DNA of 64,000 nt from assembly GCA_035620735.1 (NCBI GenBank), contig DASPGH010000095.1, positions 3,484 to 67,483 on the forward strand. The letters are read 5' to 3'. The translations under genes and the position numbers were made by a program. The stretch comes from Acidimicrobiia bacterium. GTDB lineage: Bacteria; Actinomycetota; Acidimicrobiia; Spongiisociales; ZC4RG35. Position 1 is the stretch's first letter, and every line of letters starts with the position of its first letter. Under the pieces are notes generated by a model that searched no databases, was not told the origin of the DNA, and worked only from the letters and a program-made list of their open reading frames with translations. Shown in pieces: positions 48,279-56,443 of this stretch.

Positions 48279-49181
48279 TCAGTCGGCGAGAAAAGCAATC
48301 AACTCGTCGGCCACCTGGTCGGCGTGTGTCCAGACCATCTCGTGACCAGCCCCATGGATCTCCACGAGCCTTGCTCCCGGGATGGCCGCCGCCAGATCTC
48401 GTTGCCACTGCGGCGGAACCAGAAAGTCACTGGAAGGGAACAACACAAGCGTCGGCACGTCGAGCCTGCCTATCCACTCCCTCGAGTCAAAGCGAAGCAG
48501 AGCGAATGTCGCCTGCGCACCACTCTCGATGCTGCGCCGCTGCGTCTCCCGCCACATCCAACGGGCGTGTCTCGGCTCGACTGCGTGACGGGCGATGAGA
48601 TAGCCACTCCTCACCTCCGGGGTGCCCACACCGGTGAGACGCTCCCACCCCCGGGCCAGGAACGCGCCGATGCGGCGCGCCCACCGGTAAGCCCGGGCGT
48701 GGTTGGCAAAGGTGGCTAGAAGGGCGAGTTTGCGGACACGCCCGGGATGACGCCGTGCGAACGACTGGGCGATGAGGCCCCCCATCGAGTACCCGACGAC
48801 ATCGACTTGCCCGACGCCGAGCTCATCGAGAACTCCGGCGAAGTCGTCGGCATCGTCCTCGACCTCGAAACGGGTGTCTCCCATTGCCGAGAGCCCGTGG
48901 CCGCGGTGATCGATCATGATCACCCGCCGCGCGACGGCGAGCTTCGGGGCCACCTGATACCACTCGGTGAGTGAGGCTCCGGCCAGACCATGGACGAGGA
49001 GGATGGGCACGCCTGCGGAGGGGCCCATCTCCCGCACCAAGTACTCCTCGTCACCCACGAAGACTGTGCGTCCGGCGACACGCAGGGGGTGCTCCTGGGG
49101 AGGATCGAAACGAGGCTCCAACCGGGGCCCGAATGCTCGCCAGGCCACCGCACCGGCGATCGCCCATTTCCACCACTTCAC
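48279..49181 (-). CDS. alpha/beta-fold hydrolase
   Basis: HGLAGAS oxyanion region, nucleophile elbow GYSMGG and a C-terminal GAGHE. The GTG start at 49181 overlaps the stop of the upstream gene (GTGA). Confidence 0.8.
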   Translation of the reverse strand: MKWWKWAIAGAVAWRAFGPRLEPRFDPPQEHPLRVAGRTVFVGDEEYLVREMGPSAGVPILLVHGLAGASLTEWYQVAPKLAVARRVIMIDHRGHGLSAMGDTRFEVEDDADDFAGVLDELGVGQVDVVGYSMGGLIAQSFARRHPGRVRKLALLATFANHARAYRWARRIGAFLARGWERLTGVGTPEVRSGYLIARHAVEPRHARWMWRETQRRSIESGAQATFALLRFDSREWIGRLDVPTLVLFPSSDFLVPPQWQRDLAAAIPGARLVEIHGAGHEMVWTHADQVADELIAFLAD

Positions 49182-49603
49182 GAAGCGAGATCCCCGACTG
49201 CGAACGAAAGCTCTTCGACCGGCATCCCTCCGATCAGATGCTCTTCGATGACGCGGTCCAGTTTTGCCATGTCGAGATCGGCGTACCAGGTCCCTTCCGG
49301 GTAGACAACCGCGATACAACCCTGCTCACATATTCGGAGACAGTCAGCTTTGGTTCGCAGCACTGTTCCGGTGCCGGGCACAACCGGGCTCGGGTCGAAG
49401 TTCACGTCGCCCTGCCACTTGGGGGGCGCGGAGGCGGCGTCGAGTTGCTTGAGCCTGTTCTTGAGATGAGCCCAGAGCGCATTGGTCTGTTCCCGGGGAG
49501 CGCATTTCGGGTTCGTTTGATCGGCGCACAGGAAGATATGACGCCTCACCCTCGGGATGGAGAGGGCTTCGGCGATGTTCTCGAGACGCTCCTTGTTGTC
49601 CAC
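49178..49603 (-). CDS. thioredoxin-like [2Fe-2S] ferredoxin-family protein
   Basis: The Cys pattern HIFLCADQTNPKC ... CLRICEQGCIAVVYPEGTWY resembles the TRX-like ferredoxin family. The call is tentative. Confidence 0.55.
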   Translation of the reverse strand: MDNKERLENIAEALSIPRVRRHIFLCADQTNPKCAPREQTNALWAHLKNRLKQLDAASAPPKWQGDVNFDPSPVVPGTGTVLRTKADCLRICEQGCIAVVYPEGTWYADLDMAKLDRVIEEHLIGGMPVEELSFAVGDLAS

Positions 49604-49703
49604 GTCGACCAGTTAAGTCGTGACCGGCGAATCGGCGAACCTCGGATTTGTCAGCATCGCTCGCCGACTCTCGACCCGAGTACGCCCGTGGTTGAAGTCG
49701 CAC

Positions 49704-50726
49704 CTACCTGAGTCTGATCGAGGTCCCCTCGGTCACAACCCCGATCACGACCGCGCGGGGCACGGCCGCGACATACCCCGGCGCGCTCTGTGGCGGCAGG
49801 GCGACCAACAACCCGCCAGACGTCTGTGCATCTATCAGAGGCTTCCAGGCCATGTCCTCGACTTCAGTGACCACGTCGTCCTGAATGGACTCGAGGTTCC
49901 GCTGCGACCCACCCGCCCACATCCCTTGTTCCAAGAGCCCCATGACCCCCGTCAGGACCGGGACGGAGCCCACTTCGATCTCAGCTCCGACACCGGACGC
50001 TCGGCAGACCTCGCGAAGATGCCCGAGCAGCCCGAACCCGGTCACATCCGTTGCTGCGGTGGCGTCGTTATCGACGAGTGCGGAACCGGCGACTTCATTG
50101 AGCTGCGCCATCAGCTCGATAGCCTCCTCGGCCAGGGAGGGCGGGCATATGCCACGTTTGATGGCGGTGGTGATGATCCCCATCCCCAACGGCTTGGTGA
50201 GCACGAGGACATCGCCAGGAGCGGCACCGGAGTTGGTCACTACCCGTTCGGCGGGTGCGATGCCGGTGACCGAGAATCCGTAGGTGGGCTCGGGGCTGTC
50301 TATCGAGTGCCCGCCCACGACCGTGCACCGAGCCTCGGCCATCACCGACATACCTCCGTCAACCACTTCTGAGGCGACTTCGAACGAGAGCTCTTCTCGT
50401 GGCCACGCCAGGTACTGAAGTGCCGTCAGCGGGGTGCCCCCCATGGCGTAGACGTCGGAGAGGGCGTTGGCGGCGGCGATGCGTCCCCAGTCCTGCGGAG
50501 AGTCGACCACCGGCGTGAAGATGTCCATGGTCTGAATGAGGGCGCGACCATCTCCCAGGGAATAAACCCCGGCATCGTCTCCGGTCGCCACGCCCACCAT
50601 CAGGTCGGGGTGGGTGGAGGCTGGATGCATTTGCACGGGACCCAGGACCTGGGCCAGCTCGGCAGGCCCGAGCTTGCAGGCTCAGCCGGCGCCGTGGCTG
50701 TATCTGGTGAGACGCGTCTCGGTCAC
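49704..50726 (-). CDS. selD: selenide, water dikinase SelD, selenocysteine-containing (in-frame TGA at 50682..50684)
   Basis: The ORF track starts at GTG 50636. Extending the frame by hand gives (M)TETRLTRYSHGAG-TGA-ACKLGPAELAQVLGPVQMHP.... This aligns with the E. coli SelD sequence as I recall it, [24 protein letters not shown], so the TGA falls on the catalytic Cys17 position. The GTG start at 50726 follows an in-frame stop. Total length is 340 residues. Confidence 0.85.
50651..50669 (-). promoter_or_regulatory. candidate bacterial SECIS hairpin for selD
   Basis: On the mRNA strand, GGGCC-ugccgagcu-GGCCC begins 12 nt after the UGA. Flanking bases can extend the stem with a bulge. Confidence 0.4.
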
Positions 50727-50861
50727 GACGACGAGGTTAAGCCGGAACCGAACTCATCGTCTCACACCCCTAGGGACCATGGGCCCACGGGAATGTGACA
50801 AAGGACGGGGGCGCGGCTCTCGTCTCACATCGAACATTGAGAGGTAGACGAAAGGAGAGCT

Positions 50862-51317
50862 TTGATCGACTCGCACGACTACCGCGTCGAGATCGTCGGT
50901 TCCGGTGAGAAGACAGGGTTTCTCACAGCCACCGTCGACTCGCTACCCGAGATCTATGTCGCCTCGCCACCGGAATTCGGTGGTCCAGAGAAAGTCTGGA
51001 GCCCCGAGCACCTCTTCGTGGCCTCGATCGCATCTTGCCTCATGACCACTTTCCGCTCCATCGCGGCTCGCTCCGGTGTCGATGTCCTCGACTACACCGA
51101 TGAGGCCGTGGGCCGTCTCCGGCGTGGCGACGACGGTCTCTATTCGATCGAATCCGTGGTGCTGCGCCCCTCGATAGTCATCTCGTCCGACTCCAAAATG
51201 GAGCGGGCGCAACGTCTCATCGAGAAGGCGGAGCAAGTCTGTCTGATCAGCCGCTCGATCCGCTCCGAAGTGATACTCGACGCCAGCATCATGCAGGCGC
51301 AACCGGTTGGTCTGTAG
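50862..51317 (+). CDS. OsmC/Ohr-family peroxiredoxin-like protein
   Basis: PEFGGPEKVWSPEHLFVASIASCLMTTF and the second Cys region AEQVCLISRS fit the OsmC family. The TTG start is preceded by AGGAG. Confidence 0.82.
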   Translation: MIDSHDYRVEIVGSGEKTGFLTATVDSLPEIYVASPPEFGGPEKVWSPEHLFVASIASCLMTTFRSIAARSGVDVLDYTDEAVGRLRRGDDGLYSIESVVLRPSIVISSDSKMERAQRLIEKAEQVCLISRSIRSEVILDASIMQAQPVGL

Positions 51318-51380
51318 CCCGTCCAGGCCCTCAGACGATCTGCGGTAGGTCGGGGGAGACGCTTAATCTGACGTCTTCCC

Positions 51381-51860
51381 ATGACCGAAAGCCCTACCTT
51401 TCTCACGCCCGCTGCGCTCGAGAAGCTCCAGCACGAGCTGGAGCATCTCAAGACGCTCGGACGGGCCGAGATCGAGGACCGCATTGCCGAGGCCCGGTCC
51501 CATGGCGACCTGCGGGAGAACGCCGACTACGACGCGGCGAAAAACGATCAGGGCCTCATGGAAGCCCGGATCCGAAAACTGGAGCATCTCATCAACACGG
51601 CCGAAGTGCGTGAGGTGGCGGACACCGGAAAGGTCGAGATCGGCTCGGTCGTCACGGTCGTCGACTCTGATGGGGACGAGATGGAGTATTTCGTCGCCCC
51701 GCAGGAGAACAAAGTCTCCGGGCTCTTCCTGGCCTCTCCATCCAGCCCCCTCGGCGCTGCGCTCATCGGGCGCGCAATCGGCGACGAAGTCGAGTATCTG
51801 GCACCGGCGGGCACCATGACCGTCCAGATCACGGCGGTCCGACCTTACGAGGGCTCATAG
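51381..51860 (+). CDS. greA: transcription elongation factor GreA
   Basis: LT..ALEKLQ.ELE.LK...R.EI..RI.EARSHGDLRENADYDAAK..Q is the classic GreA coiled coil; 159 aa. Confidence 0.93.
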   Translation: MTESPTFLTPAALEKLQHELEHLKTLGRAEIEDRIAEARSHGDLRENADYDAAKNDQGLMEARIRKLEHLINTAEVREVADTGKVEIGSVVTVVDSDGDEMEYFVAPQENKVSGLFLASPSSPLGAALIGRAIGDEVEYLAPAGTMTVQITAVRPYEGS

Positions 51861-51904
51861 GCGTTGTAGCCTGACGCCGGTCCGTCGCCACCCCGGGGTC
51901 AAAC

Positions 51905-53308
51905 TTGAAACTTCGTCTCAGAAGCCCGCGCCAACTGGCCCATCAACTCCTGGCTGTAGCGCGCCGTGACCACGATCAGGTAGCCGACTATCTCGACGCA
52001 AATCGCGAGGAATGGGAGGCGCTCGCCCTCGCTGCGCCCAGCGACGCCGCAGACATAATCGAGCAGCTCGACGAAGAAGATGCCATCGAACTCCTCTCCG
52101 AGCTGCCACCGGCCGACGCGGCCGAGATCCTCGAAGAGATCGCCCCGGAGCTCGCCGCCGAGCTGATCGAGAAATTCCCCCTACCTGAACTCGCAGCGGC
52201 GCTCAACGAGATGACCAGTGAGGCCGCCGCAGACCTGATTGGGGAGCTCGACGAGGAGGTCACCGAAGACGTTCTGGCCGCGATGGCGGACGAAGCCGAG
52301 GACGAAGTCAGAGATTTGCTCGTCTTCCCACACGACAGCGCCGGTGGTCTGATGACGACCGACATTGCCGCGCTGCCGCTCGGGCTCACCACCGGTGAGG
52401 CGATCGAACGCATTCGTCAGCTTCACGAGGAGTACGAGGATCTCTCCTACGTGTACGTCGTCGACGAGGACGACCGGCTTCAAGGAGTCATCTCGTTCCG
52501 CGACCTGGTATTCAGGCGCCCCGGGGCACCGTTGGCAGATGTCATGGTTCCGGACCCGGTGTCGGTCGACACCATGACCGACCGCGAGGAGGTCGGTGAG
52601 ATCGCCCAGCGCTACCACCTCTTCGGGGTCCCCGTCACCGACGGTGCGGGACGTCTGGTGGGGATGGTCACGACCGACGCCGTGATCGAGGCGATCCAGG
52701 ACGAGGCCACCGAGGACTTCGCCGCAGCCGTCGGCGCCGGCGTCGCCGAGACCGTGTACACGAACGTGACCGCATCGTTTCGGATGCGGCTCCCCTGGCT
52801 CGCCCTCAATCTGGTCCTGGCCCTGGTTGTCGCCTTCGTCATCGAACAGCAGACCGGTGTGATAGGCCGGGAGCCTGTCCTGGCCGCATTGATGCCCGTG
52901 GTCGCCCTGCTCGGAGGCAACGGGGGAAACCAGAGCCTGGCGGTGATGATCCGCTCGCTGGCCTCCGACGACGTGCCGTCTGCCCAGGTGCCCGGCATCC
53001 TCATCCGTCAGCTCGGTGTGGGCGTGCTGAACGGAGCGGTCCTCGGAGTGCTGGCGGGGTTTGTTTGCTGGCTACTCATCAGCTCGGGGCTCTTCGAGAC
53101 GAACTCCGACATTCTCACCGTGTCCCTCGTGGTGGCCATCTCCGCCCTAAGCGTTCTGGTTATCGGAGCCGTGGTTGGCGGCGGCATCCCAGTTCTGCTT
53201 CGTCGGTTTGGGCTCGACCCGGCCCTGGCCTCATCCATCTTCCTGACGCTGATCACCGACACGGTCGGCTTCGGGGGGTTCCTCCTCCTCGCCGGTTGGC
53301 TGCTGTGA
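51905..53308 (+). CDS. mgtE: magnesium transporter MgtE
   Basis: An acidic MgtE N-domain, tandem CBS domains (MTTDIAALP..; VVDEDDRLQGVISFRDL) and a C-terminal TM domain (GGNGGNQS, ITDTVGF). The TTG start is uncertain. Confidence 0.9.
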   Translation: MKLRLRSPRQLAHQLLAVARRDHDQVADYLDANREEWEALALAAPSDAADIIEQLDEEDAIELLSELPPADAAEILEEIAPELAAELIEKFPLPELAAALNEMTSEAAADLIGELDEEVTEDVLAAMADEAEDEVRDLLVFPHDSAGGLMTTDIAALPLGLTTGEAIERIRQLHEEYEDLSYVYVVDEDDRLQGVISFRDLVFRRPGAPLADVMVPDPVSVDTMTDREEVGEIAQRYHLFGVPVTDGAGRLVGMVTTDAVIEAIQDEATEDFAAAVGAGVAETVYTNVTASFRMRLPWLALNLVLALVVAFVIEQQTGVIGREPVLAALMPVVALLGGNGGNQSLAVMIRSLASDDVPSAQVPGILIRQLGVGVLNGAVLGVLAGFVCWLLISSGLFETNSDILTVSLVVAISALSVLVIGAVVGGGIPVLLRRFGLDPALASSIFLTLITDTVGFGGFLLLAGWLL

Positions 53309-53370
53309 GGTGGCGCTAGAAGCTGAGCTGTGTTGCCCGGATAGGTGACAGACCTCCCGGATGTGTGGCG

Positions 53371-53889
53371 TCAGCTTCCTATGGCACCACCGGGAAACTC
53401 GGAGAATGGGCCACGGAACTCGATGCGGTCACGTCCGATGAGGGTGACGAAGTGGTCACTCTCGATCACGGCAATCTGCTCGTCGGTGCGGTCGGCCTCG
53501 GCTACCTGATACGCCTCGGCGGCCTCGACACTGTCGAAGATCTCGGCTCCGTACAGCCCACTGTCCGTCTCGAGGAGCTCGACGACGAACTGGGTCAGAT
53601 CGACGTCGGTGTAGGCACCTTCCGGAATCACGTAGTAGCGCTCTTCGCCGTTGTCGTTGGGGAAGCGGGCAACCACCTCGTAGTCGGTGACGGTCTGACC
53701 CACGAGGGTCGTGGATGGCGAGCTGCTGCCATCTCCGTCGTCGGAGGACTCCGCTGTGGTCGTTGTGGCAGGTGCATTGGTGCCACCCGTGATGATCGTC
53801 GAGTCGGTGCTCAACTCGGGCTCGTCACCGCTACAGGCCACGAGAGCGACGGCGACGACGACGATGACGGCGATCGATCGGCTCTTCAT
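53371..53889 (-). CDS. hypothetical lipoprotein
   Basis: ATG 53889 gives MKSRSIAVIVVVAVALVACSGDEP (signal plus lipobox). The rest of the protein has no recognised family. Confidence 0.5.
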   Translation of the reverse strand: MKSRSIAVIVVVAVALVACSGDEPELSTDSTIITGGTNAPATTTTAESSDDGDGSSSPSTTLVGQTVTDYEVVARFPNDNGEERYYVIPEGAYTDVDLTQFVVELLETDSGLYGAEIFDSVEAAEAYQVAEADRTDEQIAVIESDHFVTLIGRDRIEFRGPFSEFPGGAIGS

Positions 53890-53951
53890 AGGCACTGAAC
53901 GAAACGCTAGCGCCGATCGGTTCCCTAGTCCCGTCATCGACCCCCGACGGG

Positions 53952-54761
53952 TCATCGATGTGTGCGTCGGGCAAAACCCCTGCCCAGGAGTTGAGTGACG
54001 GGCCCGGGCTCCCATTTCATAGCGCCGACCGATTTCACCGGTTGGACCTCACGGATCGTGGACAGAGCCATCACCTCGGTGGCTTCCCGCAATCTGTCGA
54101 GAGCCCAGCGACCTTCGGCAATCGGGATCGCTTCTTCCCTGGCCAGGTCGAGAACCACCCTCCTCGTGATCGAATCGAGGATTCCCAACTCGAGTCCGGG
54201 TGTCTCCACGACCCCGTCCACGACCCAGGCGACCGAGAATGTCGGACCCTCCAACACCATGTTGTCGGGTGTGAGGAGAAGGGCGTCGTCAAATCCCTCC
54301 ATCCTGGCTCGACGCACCGCAGCCATGTTCGGGCCATAGGAAATGAGCTTGGCTCCGGCCAGATCCCAATCAACCCCGGCCGGGTGCCACGGAGCGACCA
54401 CCGGGAAGAGCCTCGCCGGGCCTTCGGGAACTTCCCAACCATGACCGAAGACGATCACATTGGGGGGAGCCTCGACGCCGGGGACACTGGCGCCGCGGGT
54501 CACCACGACCCGAACTGCCCCGGTGCCCACCTCGGCCGCCGTCTTCTCGATCCAGGATGCCAGCTCGGCTCGCTCAGGTAGATCGATCTGCAATGCCGTC
54601 GCACTGGCCTGGAGACGTTCGATGTGATCGTCCAGAGCGAAGACCTCTCCGTCGTAGGACTTCAAGACCTCGAAGCACCCGTCGCCACGCAGCACCGAGG
54701 AGTCAGTGACCGGTATGAGCCCCTCTGAGGGAGCCCCGTTTATGAGGACCTCGGTGATCAC
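53952..54761 (-). CDS. class IV aminotransferase (branched-chain amino acid aminotransferase / ADC lyase fold)
   Basis: RGDGCFEVLKSY.G..F.LD.H..RL and the C-terminal region fit fold-type IV PLP enzymes. The GTG start at 54761 overlaps the nadE stop (GTGA). Confidence 0.78.
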   Translation of the reverse strand: MITEVLINGAPSEGLIPVTDSSVLRGDGCFEVLKSYDGEVFALDDHIERLQASATALQIDLPERAELASWIEKTAAEVGTGAVRVVVTRGASVPGVEAPPNVIVFGHGWEVPEGPARLFPVVAPWHPAGVDWDLAGAKLISYGPNMAAVRRARMEGFDDALLLTPDNMVLEGPTFSVAWVVDGVVETPGLELGILDSITRRVVLDLAREEAIPIAEGRWALDRLREATEVMALSTIREVQPVKSVGAMKWEPGPVTQLLGRGFARRTHR

Positions 54762-56416
54762 CGCAGACGCGGCCGGTAGTGATTGGTGATCGGAAGACGC
54801 CGGTCCTTGCCGAACGCCTTGGTCGTGATCTTCACCCCGGGAGCCGCCTGACGGCGCTTGTACTCGTTGCGATCGACCAGACGACAAACCGAGGCGACGA
54901 TGTCGGGGGCATATCCGTCTTCGACGATCTCCTCGACGCCCATGTCACGCTCGATATATCGCTCCAGGATGGCGTCGAGGATCTCGTAGGGAGGCAATGA
55001 GTCGGAATCCCGCTGATTGGGTCGAAGCTCCGCGGATGGCGGTTTGTCGATCGTGTTCTGCGGGATCACCTCATCTCCTTTGTTGAGCCACCTGGCCAGC
55101 TCGTAGACGATCCCTTTGAAGACGTCCTTCAAGACCGAGTAGCCCCCGACCATATCCCCGTACAGGGTGGCGTACCCCGCAGCCATCTCGCTCTTGTTGC
55201 CCGTCGCCAGGACCATGGGCCCGAACTTGTTGGACAGCGCCATGAGAGTCGCCCCACGGGAGCGCGCCTGGAGGTTTTCCTCCGCCACGCCGAACTCCGT
55301 CCCCTGGAACAAGTTCGTCAGCGACTCGAGATGTGCTTCGTATACCCCGTCGATCGGAACGAGGTCGAATCGAATACCCAGGCTCTCGGCGAGGCTGCGG
55401 GCGTCATCGATGGAATGCTGGGAGGAGAAGCGGGACGGCATCGAGACTCCCCACACCGACTCCGGCCCCAGGGCACCGGTGGCGATGGCGGCTGTGACCG
55501 CGGAGTCGATGCCACCGGACAATCCGATGATCACGGAGTCGAATCCGTTCTTCCCGCAGTAGTCGGAGAGACCTGTGGTCAGCGCTCGATAGACCTCTTC
55601 GATCGGCTCGAGAAGGGGAACGACCCTTCTCGGCTCGGCGCTCTCCCCCGTCACGGGGACGTCGACGACGAAGAAGTCCTCTTCGAACTGGGGTGAGCGA
55701 TGGAGGACGGTGCCGTCGGGAGCGATGACAACCGAGGCTCCGTCGAAAACGAGCTCGTCCTGCCCGCCGATCAGGTTGAGGTAGACAACCGCTGCGTCAC
55801 CGGCGCGGGCCCTGGCGGCCAGCATCTCCTCCCTCTCGGCTGCCTTTCCCCGGTGAAAGGGCGAGGCGTTGATGTTGAGGAGGATCTCGGCGCCGTTGCG
55901 CGCCTGCTGGGACGGAGGCCCGTCATCGAGCCAAATGTCCTCACACACCGACACCCCCACAGGGACGCCGGCCATCTCCCACACCCGGCCCGGGTCATCA
56001 CCCACCACGAAGTAGCGGTCTTCGTCGAACACCCCGTAATTGGGGAGATGGATCTTGTGGTACACCCCGATGATCTCGCCCCCAGCGAGCACCGCAGCAG
56101 CGTTGGCGACCTCCCGCGACTCGGCGTCCCTGGCGTTGGCTCCTGGACCGGATGCGAAGTCGAGGAAACCGACCACCGTGGTCATCTCACCAGACCGGTG
56201 AGCGAGACGACGGAGGGTCGCGATGTTCGCCACCACGAAATCGCGACGCAGCACGAGGTCCTCGGGCGGATACCCAGGAATCGCCAGCTCAGGCAGCAAC
56301 AGCACGTCAGCACCGGCTGCAGCGGCGCGGTCCATGGCCGCGGCGATGATCTCCTCGTTACCGTCCAGATCTCCGACGGTGAGATTGACTTGGGCCCCGG
56401 CGACCTTGAGAGGCAT
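54758..56416 (-). CDS. nadE: glutamine-dependent NAD+ synthetase
   Basis: An N-terminal nitrilase/CN-hydrolase domain (LLLPELAIPGYPPEDL) plus an NAD synthetase domain (GLSGGIDSAV, NKSE.A.GY.T.YGD). The start was refined to ATG 56416 (MPLKVAGAQ). Confidence 0.92.
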   Translation of the reverse strand: MPLKVAGAQVNLTVGDLDGNEEIIAAAMDRAAAAGADVLLLPELAIPGYPPEDLVLRRDFVVANIATLRRLAHRSGEMTTVVGFLDFASGPGANARDAESREVANAAAVLAGGEIIGVYHKIHLPNYGVFDEDRYFVVGDDPGRVWEMAGVPVGVSVCEDIWLDDGPPSQQARNGAEILLNINASPFHRGKAAEREEMLAARARAGDAAVVYLNLIGGQDELVFDGASVVIAPDGTVLHRSPQFEEDFFVVDVPVTGESAEPRRVVPLLEPIEEVYRALTTGLSDYCGKNGFDSVIIGLSGGIDSAVTAAIATGALGPESVWGVSMPSRFSSQHSIDDARSLAESLGIRFDLVPIDGVYEAHLESLTNLFQGTEFGVAEENLQARSRGATLMALSNKFGPMVLATGNKSEMAAGYATLYGDMVGGYSVLKDVFKGIVYELARWLNKGDEVIPQNTIDKPPSAELRPNQRDSDSLPPYEILDAILERYIERDMGVEEIVEDGYAPDIVASVCRLVDRNEYKRRQAAPGVKITTKAFGKDRRLPITNHYRPRLR

Positions 56417-56443
56417 GCCAACACGATACGCCTCCACCCCACA

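Noticed and set aside
50757-50829. 10-nt direct repeat tcgtctcaca (50757..50766 and 50820..50829) in the selD/osmC divergent intergenic region
   Set aside because: It is too short to distinguish from chance without comparative data, and it matches no known operator consensus I can name.
55700-56443. N-terminal 248 codons of the 1116-aa plus-strand ORF
   Set aside because: This part is antisense to nadE and has no GlnE similarity. GlnE-like sequence begins at ATG 56444 (MADVIACGVVARLDN...). The long ORF is open-frame read-through.
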